In this document: piece after piece, positions 41,101 through 55,808 of the stretch
How the letters are laid out: every line of letters begins with the position of its first letter
How positions within the stretch are numbered: the stretch's first letter is position 1
Source: Auanema rhodensis
Taxonomy: Eukaryota; Animalia; Nematoda
Assembly: GCA_964057225.1 (NCBI GenBank)
Contig: OZ059898.1
Coordinates: 2,418,001-2,482,000 of the forward strand
Reading direction: 5' to 3'
Length of the DNA stretch: 64,000 bases
Notes under the pieces: model-generated
The model's database searches: none
What the model was told of the DNA's origin: nothing
What the model saw: only the letters and a program-made list of their open reading frames with translations
Position numbers and translations under genes: made by a program

Positions 41101-44100
41101 TAGTATAGTGCATTCGATGCGGATTTTTAAGCTGCGTCGAGCTGTGTTATCAGATTTGCGCTAGCTTAAAAATGCACCGAGATATCAACTGATATAAGTT
41201 CACACTTATATCCTCGATTTTCACCCTGAAGAAATAATTTTTTCGTTGAATAACATTGTCCATCGTCTTTGCCTTGAAAAAAGGAATCTAAAAACATCTA
41301 CTTTTTGCTAAATTATTTTGAAATTTTTCGAAAAAATTTTTGTCAAAATGTTTTTGGAAGCAATGTTGAGTGTACATGGAAACTCAACATACACTAATGC
41401 ATCATTTTTCAAACGATCATAACTAATTTTTGTATCAAGCGTTTTTCAATGTAGTATAGTGCATTCGATGCGGATTTTTAAGCTGCGTCGAGCTGTGTTA
41501 TCAGATTTGCGCTAGCTTAAAAATGCACCGAGATATCAACTGATATAAGTTCACACTTATATCCTCGATTTTCACCCTGAAGAAATAATTTTTTTGTTGA
41601 ATAACATTGTCCATCGTCTTTGCCTTGAAAAATGGAATCTAAAAACATCTACTTTTTGCTAAATTATTTTGAAAATTTTCGAAAAAATTTTTGTCAAAAT
41701 GTTTTTGGAAGCAATGTTGAGTGTACATGGAAACTCAACATACACTAATGCATCATTTTTCAAACGATCACAACTAATTTTTGTATCAAGCGTTTCTTAA
41801 TGTAGTAAAGTGCATTCGATCCGGATTTTTAAGATGCGTCGATCTGTGTTATCAGATTTGCGCTAGCTTAAAAATGCACCGAGATATCAACTGATATAAG
41901 TTCACACTTATATCCTCGATTTTCACCCTGAAGAAATAATTTCTTCGTTGAATAACATTGTCCATCGTCTTTGCCTTGAAAAAAGGAATCTAAAAACATC
42001 TACTTTTTGCTAAATTATTTTGAAATTTTTCGAAAAAATTTTTGTCAAAATGTTTTTGGAAGCAATGTTGAGTGTACATGGAAACTCAACATACACTAAT
42101 GCATCATTTTTCAAACGATCATAACTAATTTTTGTATCAAGCGTTTCTTAATGTAGTAAAGTGCATTCGATCCGGATTTTTAAGATGCGTCGATCTGTGT
42201 TATCAGATTTGCGCTAGCTTAAAAATGCACCGAGATATCAACTGATATAAGTTCACACTTATATCCTCGATTTTCACCCTGAAGAAATAATTTTTTCGTT
42301 GAATAACATTGTCCATCGTCTTTGCCTTGAAAAAAAGAATCTTAAAACATCTACTTTTTGCTAAATTATTTTGAAATTTTTCGAAAAAATTTTTGTCAAA
42401 ATGTTTTTGGAAGCAATGTTGAGTGTACATGGAAACTCAACATACACTAATGCATCATTTTTCAAACGATCATAACTAATTTTTGTATTAAGCGTTTCTC
42501 AATGTAGTATAGTGTATTCGATGCGGATTTTTAAGCTGCGTCGAGCTGTGTTATCAGATTTGCGCTAGCTTAAAAATGCACCGAGATATCAACTGATATA
42601 AGTTCACACTTATATCCTCGATTTTCACCCTGAAGAATTGATTTTTTCGTTGAATAACATTGTCCATCGTCTTTGCCTTGAAAAATGGAATCTTAAAACA
42701 TCTACTTTTTGCTAAATTATTTTGAAATTTTTCGAAAAAATTTTTGTCAAAATGTTTTTGGAAGCAATGTTGAGTGTACATGGAAACTCAACATACACTA
42801 ATGCATCATTTTTCAAACGATCATAACTAATTTTTGTATCAAGCGTTTTTCAATGTAGTATAGTGCATTCGATGCGGATTTTTAAGCTGCGTCGAGCTGT
42901 GTTATCAGATTTGCGCTAGCTTGAAAATGCACCGAGATATCAACTGATATAAGTTCACACTTATATCCTCGATTTTCACCCTGAAGAAATAATTTTTTCG
43001 TTGAATAACATTGTCCATCGTCTTTGCCTTGAAAAAAGGAATCTAAAAACATCTACTTTTTGCTAAATTATTTTGAAATTTTTCGAAAAAATTTTTGTCA
43101 AAATGTTTTTGGAAGCAATGTTGAGTGTACATGGAAACTCAACATACACTAATGCATCATTTTTCAAACGATCATAACTAATTTTTGTATCAAGCGTTTT
43201 TCAATGTAGTATAGTGCATTCGATGCGGATTTTTAAGCTGCGTCGAGCTGTGTTATCAGATTTGCGCTAGCTTAAAAATGCACCGAGATATCAACTGATA
43301 TAAGTTCACACTTATATCCTCGATTTTCACCCTGAAGAAATAATTTTTTTGTTGAATAACATTGTCCATCGTCTTTGCCTTGAAAAATGGAATCTAAAAA
43401 CATCTACTTTTTGCTAAATTATTTTGAAAATTTTCGAAAAAATTTTTGTCAAAATGTTTTTGGAAGCAATGTTGAGTGTACATGGAAACTCAACATACAC
43501 TAATGCATCATTTTTCAAACGATCACAACTAATTTTTGTATCAAGCGTTTCTTAATGTAGTAAAGTGCATTCGATGCGGATTTTTAAGCTGCGTCGAGCT
43601 GTGTTATCAGATTTGCGCTAGCTTAAAAATGCACCGAGATATCAACTGATATAAGTTCACACTTATATCCTCGATTTTCACCCTGAAGAAATAATTTCTT
43701 CGTTGAATAACATTGTCCATCGTCTTTGCCTTGAAAAAAGGAATCTAAAAACATCTACTTTTTGCTAAATTATTTTGAAATTTTTCGAAAAAATTTTTGT
43801 CAAAATGTTTTTGGAAGCAATGTTGAGTGTACATGGAAACTCAACATACACTAATGCATCATTTTTCAAACGATCATAACTAATTTTTGTATCAAGCGTT
43901 TCTTAATGTAGTAAAGTGCATTCGATCCGGATTTTTAAGATGCGTCGATCTGTGTTATCAGATTTGCGCTAGCTTAAAAATGCACCGAGATATCAACTGA
44001 TATAAGTTCACACTTATATCCTCGATTTTCACCCTGAAGAAATAATTTTTTTGTTGAATAACATTGTCCATCGTCTTTGCCTTGAAAAAAGGAATCTTAA

Positions 44101-45704
44101 AACATCTACTTTTTGCTAAATTATTTTGAAATTTTTCGAAAAAATTTTTGTCAAAATGTTTTTGGAAGCAATGTTGAGTGTACATGGAAACTCAACATAC
44201 ACTAATGCATCATTTTTCAAACGATCACAACTAATTTTTGTATCAAGCGTTTCTTAATGTAGTAAAGTGCATTCGATCCGGATTTTTAAGATGCGTCGAT
44301 CTGTGTTATCAGATTTGCGCTAGCTTAAAAATGCACCGAGATATCAACTGATATAAGTTCACACTTATATCCTCGATTTTCACCCTGAAGAAATAATTTC
44401 TTCGTTGAATAACATTGTCCATCGTCTTTGCCTTGAAAAAAGGAATCTAAAAACATCTACTTTTTGCTAAATTATTTTGAAATTTTTCGAAAAAATTTTT
44501 GTCAAAATGTTTTTGGAAGCAATGTTGAGTGTACATGGAAACTCAACATACACTAATGCATCATTTTTCAAACGATCATAACTAATTTTTGTATCAAGCG
44601 TTTCTTAATGTAGTAAAGTGCATTCGATCCGGATTTTTAAGATGCGTCGATCTGTGTTATCAGATTTGCGCTAGCTTAAAAATGCACCGAGATATCAACT
44701 GATATAAGTTCACACTTATATCCTCGATTTTCACCCTGAAGAAATACTTTTTTCGTTGAATAACATTGTCCATCGTCTTTGCCTTGAAAAAAGGAATCTT
44801 AAAACATCTACTTTTTGCTAAATTATTTTGAAATTTTTCGAAAAAATTTTTGTCAAAATGTTTTTGGAAGCAATGTTGAGTGTACATGGAAACTCAACAT
44901 ACACTAATGCATCATTTTTCAAACGATCATAACTAATTTTTGTATTAAGCGTTTCTCAATGTAGTATAGTGTATTCGATGCGGATTTTTAAGCTGCGTCG
45001 ATCTGTGTTATCAGATTTGCGCTAGCTTAAAAATGCACCGAGATATCAACTGATATAAGTTCACACTTATATCCTCGATTTTCACCCTGAAGAATTAATT
45101 TTTTCGTTGAATAACATTGTCCATCGTCTTTGCCTTGAAAAATGGAATCTTAAATCATCTACTTTTTGCTAAATTATTTTGAAATTTTTCGAAAAAATTT
45201 TTGTCAAAATGTTTTTGGAAGCAATGTTGAGTGTACATGGAAACTCAACATACACTAATGCATCATTTTTCAAACGATCATAACTAATTTTTGTATCAAG
45301 TGTTTCTCAATGTAATATAGTGCATTCGATGCGGATTTTTAAGCTGCGTCGATCTGTGTTATCAGATTTGCGCTAACTTAAAAATGCACCGAGATATCAA
45401 CTGATATAAGTTCACACTTATATCCTCGATTTTCACCCTGAAAAATTAATTTTTTCGTTGAATAACATTGTCCATCGTCTTTGCCTTGAAAAATGGAATC
45501 TAAAAACATCTACTTTTTGCTAAATTATTTTGAAATTTTTCGAAAAAATTTTTGTCAAAATGTTTTTGGAAGCAATGTTGAGTGTACATGGAAACTCAAC
45601 ATACACTAATGCATCATTTTTCAAACGATCATAACTAATTTTTGTATCAAGTGTTTCTTAATGTAGTATAGTGCATTCGATCCGGATTTTTAAGATGCGT
45701 CGAT

Positions 45705-48700
45705 CTGTGTTATCAGATTTGCGCTAGCTTAAAAATGCACCGAGATATCAACTGATATAAGTTCACACTTATATCCTCGATTTTCACCCTGAAGAAATAA
45801 TTTTTTTGTTGAATAACATTGTCCATCGTCTTTGCCTTGAAAAATGGAATCTAAAAACATCTACTTTTTGCTAAATTATTTTGAAAATTTTCGAAAAAAT
45901 TTTTGTCAAAATGTTTTTGGAAGCAATGTTGAGTGTACATGGAAACTCAACATACACTAATGCATCATTTTTCAAACGATCATAACTAATTTTTGTATTA
46001 AGCGTTTCGCAATGTAGCATAGTGCATTCGATGCGGATTTTCAAGCTGCGTCGATCTGTGTTATCAGATTTGCGCTAGCTTAAAAATGCACCGAGATATC
46101 AACTGATATAAGTTCACACATATATACCCGATTTTCACCCTGAAGAATTAATTTTTTCGTTGAATAACATTGTCCATCGTCTTTGCCTTGAAAAAAGGAA
46201 TCTAAAAACATCTACTTTTTGCTAAATTATTTTGAAATTTTTCGAAAAAATTTTTGTCAAAATGTTTTTGGAAGCAATGTTGAGTGTACATGGAAACTCA
46301 ACATACACTAATGCATCATTTTTCAAACGATCATAACTAATTTTTGTATTAAGCGTTTCTCAAGGTAGTATAGTGCATTCGATGCGGATTTCAAAGCTGC
46401 GTCGATCTGTGTTATCAGATTTGCGCTAGCTTAAAAATGCACCGAGATATCAACTGATATAAGTTCACACTTATATCCTCGATTTTCACCCTGAAGAAAT
46501 AATTTTTTCGTTGAATAACATTGTCCATCGTCTTTGCCTTGAAAAAAGGAATCTAAAAACATCTACTTTTTGCTAAATTATTTTGAAATTTTTCGAAAAA
46601 ATTTTTGTCAAAATGTTTTTGGAAGCAATGTTGAGTGTACATGGAAACTCAACATACACTAATGCATCATTTTTCAAACGATCACAACTAATTTTTGTAT
46701 CAAGCGTTTCTTAATGTAGTAAAGTGCATTCGATGCGGATTTTTAAGATGCGTCGATCTGTGTTATCAGATTTGCGCTAGCTTAAAAATGCACCGAGATA
46801 TCAACTGATATAAGTTCACACTTATATCCTTGATTTTCACCCTGAAGAATTAATTTTTTCGTTGAATAACATTGTCCATCGTCTTTGCCTTGAAAAATGG
46901 AATCTAAAAACATCTACTTTTTGCTAAATTATTTTGAAATTTTTCGAAAAAATTTTTGTCAAAATGTTTTTGGAAGCAATGTTGAGTGTACATGGAAACT
47001 CAACATACACTAATGCATCATTTTTCAAACGATCATAACTAATTTTTGTATCAAGTGTTTCTCAATGTAATATAGTGCATTCGATGCGGATTTTTAAGCT
47101 GCGTCGATCTGTGTTATCAGATTTGCGCTAGCTTAAAAATGCACCGAGATATCAACTGATATAAGTTCACACTTATATCCTCGATTTTCACCCTGAAAAA
47201 TTAATTTTTTCGTTGAATAACATTGTCCATCGTCTTTGCCTTGAAAAATGGAATCTAAAAACATCTACTTTTTGCTAAATTATTTTGAAATTTTTCGAAA
47301 AAATTTTTGTCAAAATGTTTTTGGAAGCAATGTTGAGTGTACATGGAAACTCAACATACACTAATGCATCATTTTTCAAACGATCATAACTAATTTTTGT
47401 ATCAAGTGTTTCTTAATGTAGTATAGTGCATTCGATCCGGATTTTTAAGATGCGTCGATCTGTGTTATCAGATTTGCGCTAGCTTAAAAATGCACCGAGA
47501 TATCAACTGATATAAGTTCACACTTATATCCTCGATTTTCACCCTGAAGAAATAATTTTTTCGTTGAATAACATTGTCCATCGTCTTTGCCTTGAAAAAA
47601 GGAATCTAAAAACATCTACTTTTTGCTAAATTATTTTGAAATTTTTCGAAAAAATTTTTGTCAAAATGTTTTTGGAAGCAATGTTGAGTGTACATGGAAA
47701 CTCAACATACACTAATGCATCATTTTTCAAACGATCATAACTAATTTTTGTATCAAGCGTTTTTCAATGTAGTATAGTGCACTCGATGCGGATTTTTAAG
47801 CTGCGTCGAGCTGTGTTATCAGATTTGCGCTAGCTTAAAAATGCACCGAGATATCAACTGATATAAGTTCACACTTATATCCTCGATTTTCACCCTGAAG
47901 AAATAATTTTTTTGTTTAATAACATTGTCCATCGTCTTTGCCTTGAAAAATGGAATCTAAAAACATCTACTTTTTGCTAAATTATTTTGAAAATTTTCGA
48001 AAAAATTTTTGTCAAAATGTTTTTGGAAGCAATGTTGAGTGTACATGGAAACTCAACATACACTAATGCATCATTTTTCAAACGATCATAACTAATTTTT
48101 GTATTAAGCGTTTCTCAATGTAGCATAGTGCATTCGATGCGTATTTTCAAGCTGCGTCGATCTGTGTTATCAGATTTGCGCTAGCTTAAAAATGCACCGA
48201 GATATCAACTGATATAAGTTCACACATATATACCCGATTTTCACCCTGAAGAATTAATTTTTTCGTTGAATAACATTGTCCATCGTCTTTGCCTTGAAAA
48301 AAGGAATCTAAAAACATCTACTTTTTGCTAAATTATTTTGAAATTTTTCGAAAAAATTTTTGTCAAAATGTTTTTGGAAGCAATGTTGAGTGTACATGGA
48401 AACTCAACATACACTAATGCATCATTTTTCAAACGATCATAACTAATTTTTGTATTAAGCGTTTCTCAAGGTAGTATAGTGCATTCGATGCGGATTTCAA
48501 AGCTGCGTCGATCTGTGTTATCAGATTTGCGCTAGCTTAAAAATGCACCGAGATATCAACTGATATAAGTTCACACTTATATCCTCGATTTTCACCCTGA
48601 AGAAATAATTTTTTCGTTGAATAACATTGTCCATCGTCTTTGCCTTGAAAAAAGGAATCTAAAAACATCTACTTTTTGCTAAATTATTTTGAAATTTTTC

Positions 48701-50894
48701 GAAAAAATTTTTGTCAAAATGTTTTTGGAAGCAATGTTGAGTGTACATGGAAACTCAACATACACTAATGCATCATTTTTCAAACGATCACAACTAATTT
48801 TTGTATCAAGCGTTTCTTAATGTAGTAAAGTGCATTCGATGCGGATTTTTAAGATGCGTCGATCTGTGTTATCAGATTTGCGCTAGCTTAAAAATGCACC
48901 GAGATATCAACTGATATAAGTTCACACTTATATCCTCGATTTTCACCCTGAAGAATTAATTTTTTCGTTGAATAACATTGTCCATCGTCTTTGCCTTGAA
49001 AAATGGAATCTAAAAACATCTACTTTTTGCTAAATTATTTTGAAATTTTTCGAAAAAATTTTTGTCAAAATGTTTTTGGAAGCAATGTTGAGTGTACATG
49101 GAAACTCAACATACACTAATGCATCATTTTTCAAACGATCATAACTAATTTTTGTATCAAGCGTTTCTTAATGTAGTATAGTGCATTCGATCCGGATTTT
49201 TAAGATGCGTCGATCTGTGTTATCAGATTAGCGCTAGCTTAAAAATGCACCGAGATATCAACTGATATAAGTTCACACTTATATCCTCGATTTTCACCCT
49301 GAAGAAATAATTTTTTCGTTGAATAACATTGTCCATCGTCTTTGCCTTGAAAAAAGGAATCTAAAAACATCTACTTTTTGCTAAATTATTTTGAAATTTT
49401 TCGAAAAAATTTTTGTCAAAATGTTTTTGGAAGCAATGTTGAGTGTACATGGAAACTCAACATACACTAATGCATCATTTTTCAAACGATCATAACTAAT
49501 TTTTGTATCAAGCGTTTCTTAATGTAGTATAGTGCATTCGATCCGGATTTTTAAGATGCGTCGATCTGTGTTATCAGATTTGCGCTAGCTTAAAAATGCA
49601 CCGAGATATCAACTGATATAAGTTCACACTTATATCCTCGATTTTCACCCTGAAGAAATAATTTTTTCGTTGAATAACATTGTCCATCGTCTTTGCCTTG
49701 AAAAAAGGAATCTAAAAACATCTACTTTTTGCTAAATTATTTTGAAATTTTTCGAAAAAATTTTTGTCAAAATGTTTTTGGAAGCAATGTTGAGTGTACA
49801 TGGAAACTCAACATACACTAATGCATCATTTTTCAAACGATCACAACTAATTTTTGTATCAAGCGTTTCTTAATGTAGTAAAGTGCATTCGATCCGGATT
49901 TTTAAGATGCGTCGATCTGTGTTATCAGATTTGCGCTAGCTTAAAAATGCACCGAGATATCAACTGATATAAGTTCACACTTATATCCTCGATTTTCACC
50001 CTGAAGAAATAATTTCTTCGTTGAATAACATTGTCCATCGTCTTTGCCTTGAAAAAAGGAATCTAAAAACATCTACTTTTTGCTAAATTATTTTGAAATT
50101 TTTCGAAAAAATTTTTGTCAAAATGTTTTTGGAAGCAATGTTGAGTGTACATGGAAACTCAACATACACTAATGCATCATTTTTCAAACGATCATAACTA
50201 ATTTTTGTATTAAGCGTTTCTCAATGTAGTATAGTGCATTCGATGCGGATTTTTAAGCTGCGTCGATCTGTGTTATCAGATTTGCGCTAGCTTAAAAATG
50301 CACCGAGATATCAACTGATATAAGTTCACACTTATATCCTCGATTTTCACCCTGAAGAATTAATTTTTTCGTTGAATAACATTGTCCATCGTCTTTGCCT
50401 TGAAAAATGGAATCTTAAAACATCTACTTTTTGCTAAATTATTTTGAAATTTTTCGAAAAAATTTTTGTCAAAATGTTTTTGGAAGCAATGTTGAGTGTA
50501 CATGGAAACTCAACATACACTAATGCATCATTTTTCAAACGATCATAACTAATTTTTGTATTAAGCGTTTCTCAATGTAGTATAGTGTATTCGATGCGGA
50601 TTTTTAAGCTGCGTCGATCTGTGTTATCAGATTTGCGCTAGCTTAAAAATGCACCGAGATATCAACTGATATAAGTTCACACTTATATCCTCGATTTTCA
50701 CCCTGAAGAATTAATTTTTTCGTTGAATAACATTGTCCATCGTCTTTGCCTTGAAAAATGGAATCTTAAAACATCTACTTTTTGCTAAATTATTTTGAAA
50801 TTTTTCGAAAAAATTTTTGTCAAAATGTTTTTGGAAGCAATGTTGAGTGTACATGGAAACTCAACATACACTAATGCATCATTTTTCAAACGAT
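45705..50894. repeat. Long-range copy of the block at 17625-22463 (80-81 monomers away)
   Basis: Same haplotype order at offset 28080 bp. The shared rare variant gcgtattt occurs only at 20062 and 48142. Confidence 0.8.
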
Positions 50895-53800
50895 CATAAC
50901 TAATTTTTGTATTAAGCGTTTCTCAAGGTAGTATAGTGCATTCGATGCGGATTTCAAAGCTGCGTCGATCTGTGTTATCAGATTTGCGCTAGCTTAAAAA
51001 TGCACCGAGATATCAACTGATATAAGTTCACACATATATACCCGATTTTCACCCTGAAGAATTAATTTTTTCGTTGAATAACATTGTCCATCGTCTTTGC
51101 CTTGAAAAAAGGAATCTAAAAACATCTACTTTTTGCTAAATTATTTTGAAATTTTTCGAAAAAATTTTTGTCAAAATGTTTTTGGAAGCAATGTTGAGTG
51201 TACATGGAAACTCAACATACACTAATGCATCATTTTTCAAACGATCATAACTAATTTTTGTATTAAGCGTTTCTCAAGGTAGTATAGTGCATTCGATGCG
51301 GATTTCAAAGCTGCGTCGATCTGTGTTATCAGATTTGCGCTAGCTTAAAAATGCACCGAGATATCAACTGATATAAGTTCACACTTATATCCTCGATTTT
51401 CACCCTGAAGAAATAATTTTTTCGTTGAATAACATTGTCCATCGTCTTTGCCTTGAAAAAAGGAATCTAAAAACATCTACTTTTTGCTAAATTATTTTGA
51501 AATTTTTCGAAAAAATTTTTGTCAAAATGTTTTTGGAAGCAATGTTGAGTGTACATGGAAACTCAACATACACTAATGCATCATTTTTCAAACGATCACA
51601 ACTAATTTTTGTATCAAGCGTTTCTTAATGTAGTAAAGTGCATTCGATGCGGATTTTTAAGATGCGTCGATCTGTGTTATCAGATTTGCGCTAGCTTAAA
51701 AATGCACCGAGATATCAACTGATATAAGTTCACACTTATATCCTCGATTTTCACCCTGAAGAATTAATTTTTTCGTTGAATAACATTGTCCATCGTCTTT
51801 GCCTTGAAAAATGGAATCTAAAAACATCTACTTTTTGCTAAATTATTTTGAAATTTTTCGAAAAAATTTTTGTCAAAATGTTTTTGGAAGCAATGTTGAG
51901 TGTACATGGAAACTCAACATACACTAATGCATCATTTTTCAAACGATCACAACTAATTTTTGTATCAAGCGTTTCTTAATGTAGTAAAGTGCATTCGATC
52001 CGGATTTTTAAGATGCGTCGATCTGTGTTATCAGATTTGCGCTAGCTTAAAAATGCACCGAGATATCAACTGATATAAGTTCACACTTATATCCTCGATT
52101 TTCACCCTGAAGAAATAATTTCTTCGTTGAATAACATTGTCCATCGTCTTTGCCTTGAAAAAAGGAATCTAAAAACATCTACTTTTTGCTAAATTATTTT
52201 GAAATTTTTCGAAAAAATTTTTGTCAAAATGTTTTTGGAAGCAATGTTGAGTGTACATGGAAACTCAACATACACTAATGCATCATTTTTCAAACGATCA
52301 TAACTAATTTTTGTATTAAGCGTTTCTCAATGTAGTATAGTGCATTCGATGCGGATTTTTAAGCTGCGTCGATCTGTGTTATCAGATTTGCGCTAGCTTA
52401 AAAATGCACCGAGATATCAACTGATATAAGTTCACACTTATATCCTCGATTTTCACCCTGAAGAATTAATTTTTTCGTTGAATAACATTGTCCATCGTCT
52501 TTGCCTTGAAAAATGGAATCTTAAAACATCTACTTTTTGCTAAATTATTTTGAAATTTTTCGAAAAAATTTTTGTCAAAATGTTTTTGGAAGCAATGTTG
52601 AGTGTACATGGAAACTCAACATACACTAATGCATCATTTTTCAAACGATCATAACTAATTTTTGTATCAAGCGTTTTTCAATGTAGTATAGTGCATTCGA
52701 TGCGGATTTTTAAGCTGCGTCGAGCTGTGTTATCAGATTTGCGCTAGCTTAAAAATGCACCGAGATATCAACTGATATAAGTTCACACTTATATCCTCGA
52801 TTTTCACCCTGAAAAATTAATTTTTTCGTTGAATAACATTGTTCATCGTCTTTGCCTTGAAAAATGGAATCTAAAAACATCTACTTTTTGCTAAATTATT
52901 TTGAAATTTTTCGAAAAAATTTTTGTCAAAATGTTTTTGGAAGCAATGTTGAGTGTACATGGAAACTCAACATACACTAATGCATCATTTTTCAAACGAT
53001 CATAACTAATTTTTGTATCAAGCGTTTCTTAATGTAGTATAGTGCATTCGATCCGGATTTTTAAGATGCGTCGATCTGTGTTATCAGATTTGCGCTAGCT
53101 TAAAAATGCACCGAGATATCAACTGATATAAGTTCACACTTATATCCTCGATTTTCACCCTGAAGAAATAATTTTTTCGTTGAATAACATTGTCCATCGT
53201 CTTTGCCTTGAAAAAAGGAATCTAAAAACATCTACTTTTTGCTAAATTATTTTGAAATTTTTCGAAAAAATTTTTGTCAAAATGTTTTTGGAAGCAATGT
53301 TGAGTGTACATGGAAACTCAACATACACTAATGCATCATTTTTCAAACGATCACAACTAATTTTTGTATCAAGCGTTTCTTAATGTAGTAAAGTGCATTC
53401 GATCCGGATTTTTAAGATGCGTCGATCTGTGTTATCAGATTTGCGCTAGCTTAAAAATGCACCGAGATATCAACTGATATAAGTTCACACTTATATCCTC
53501 GATTTTCACCCTGAAGAAATAATTTCTTCGTTGAATAACATTGTCCATCGTCTTTGCCTTGAAAAAAGGAATCTAAAAACATCTACTTTTTGCTAAATTA
53601 TTTTGAAATTTTTCGAAAAAATTTTTGTCAAAATGTTTTTGGAAGCAATGTTGAGTGTACATGGAAACTCAACATACACTAATGCATCATTTTTCAAACG
53701 ATCATAACTAATTTTTGTATTAAGCGTTTCTCAATGTAGTATAGTGCATTCGATGCGGATTTTTAAGCTGCGTCGATCTGTGTTATCAGATTTGCGCTAG

Positions 53801-55808
53801 CTTAAAAATGCACCGAGATATCAACTGATATAAGTTCACACTTATATCCTCGATTTTCACCCTGAAGAATTAATTTTTTCGTTGAATAACATTGTCCATC
53901 GTCTTTGCCTTGAAAAATGGAATCTTAAAACATCTACTTTTTGCTAAATTATTTTGAAATTTTTCGAAAAAATTTTTGTCAAAATGTTTTTGGAAGCAAT
54001 GTTGAGTGTACATGGAAACTCAACATACACTAATGCATCATTTTTCAAACGATCATAACTAATTTTTGTATTAAGCGTTTCTCAATGTAGTATAGTGTAT
54101 TCGATGCGGATTTTTAAGCTGCGTCGATCTGTGTTATCAGATTTGCGCTAGCTTAAAAATGCACCGAGATATCAACTGATATAAGTTCACACTTATATCC
54201 TCGATTTTCACCCTGAAGAATTAATTTTTTCGTTGAATAACATTGTCCATCGTCTTTGCCTTGAAAAATGGAATTTTAAAACATCTACTTTTTGCTAAAT
54301 TTTCTTGAAATTTTTCGAAAAAATTTTTGTCAAAATGTTTTTGGAAGCAATGTTGAGTGTACATGGAAACTCAACATACACTAATGCATCATTTTTCAAA
54401 CGATCATAACTAATTTTTGTATTAAGCGTTTCTCAAGGTAGTATAGTGCATTCGATGCGGATTTCAAAGCTGCGTCGATCTGTGTTATCAGATTTGCGCT
54501 AGCTTAAAAATGCACCGAGATATCAACTGATATAAGTTCACACTTATATCCTCGATTTTCACCCTGAAAAATTAATTTTTTCGTTGAATAACATTGTCCA
54601 TCGTCTTTGCCTTGAAAAATGGAATCTAAAAACATCTACTTTTTGCTAAATTATTTTGAAATTTTTCGAAAAAATTTTTGTCAAAATGTTTTTGGAAGCA
54701 ATGTTGAGTGTACATGGAAACTCAACATACACTAATGCATCATTTTTCAAACGATCATAACTAATTTTTGTATCAAGTGTTTCTTAATGTAGTATAGTGC
54801 ATTCGATCCGGATTTTTAAGATGCGTCGATCTGTGTTATCAGATTTGCGCTAGCTTAAAAATGCACCGAGATATCAACTGATATAAGTTCACACTTATAT
54901 CCTCGATTTTCACCCTGAAGAAATAATTTTTTCGTTGAATAACATTGTCCATCGTCTTTGCCTTGAAAAAAGGAATCTAAAAACATCTACTTTTTGCTAA
55001 ATTATTTTGAAATTTTTCGAAAAAATTTTTGTCAAAATGTTTTTGGAAGCAATGTTGAGTGTACATGGAAACTCAACATACACTAATGCATCATTTTTCA
55101 AACGATCATAACTAATTTTTGTATCAAGCGTTTTTCAATGTAGTATAGTGCATTCGATGCGGATTTTTAAGCTGCGTCGAGCTGTGTTATCAGATTTGCG
55201 CTAGCTTAAAAATGCACCGAGATATCAACTGATATAAGTTCACACTTATATCCTCGATTTTCACCCTGAAGAAATAATTTTTTTGTTAAATAACATTGTC
55301 CATCGTCTTTGCCTTGAAAAATGGAATCTAAAAACATCTACTTTTTGCTAAATTATTTTGAAATTTTTCGAAAAAATTTTTGTCAAAATGTTTTTGGAAG
55401 CAATGTTGAGTGTACATGGAAACTCAACATACACTAATGCATCATTTTTCAAACGATCATAACTAATTTTTGTATCAAGCGTTTTTCAATGTAGTATAGT
55501 GCATTCGATGCGGATTTTTAAGCTGCGTCGAGCTGTGTTATCAGATTTGCGCTAGCTTAAAAATGCACCGAGATATCAACTGATATAAGTTCACACTTAT
55601 ATCCTCGATTTTCACCCTGAAGAAATAATTTTTTCGTTGAATAACATTGTCCATCGTCTTTGCCTTGAAAAAAGGAATCTAAAAACATCTACTTTTTGCT
55701 AAATTATTTTGAAATTTTTCGAAAAAATTTTTGTCAAAATGTTTTTGGAAGCAATGTTGAGTGTACATGGAAACTCAACATACACTAATGCATCATTTTT
55801 CAAACGAT

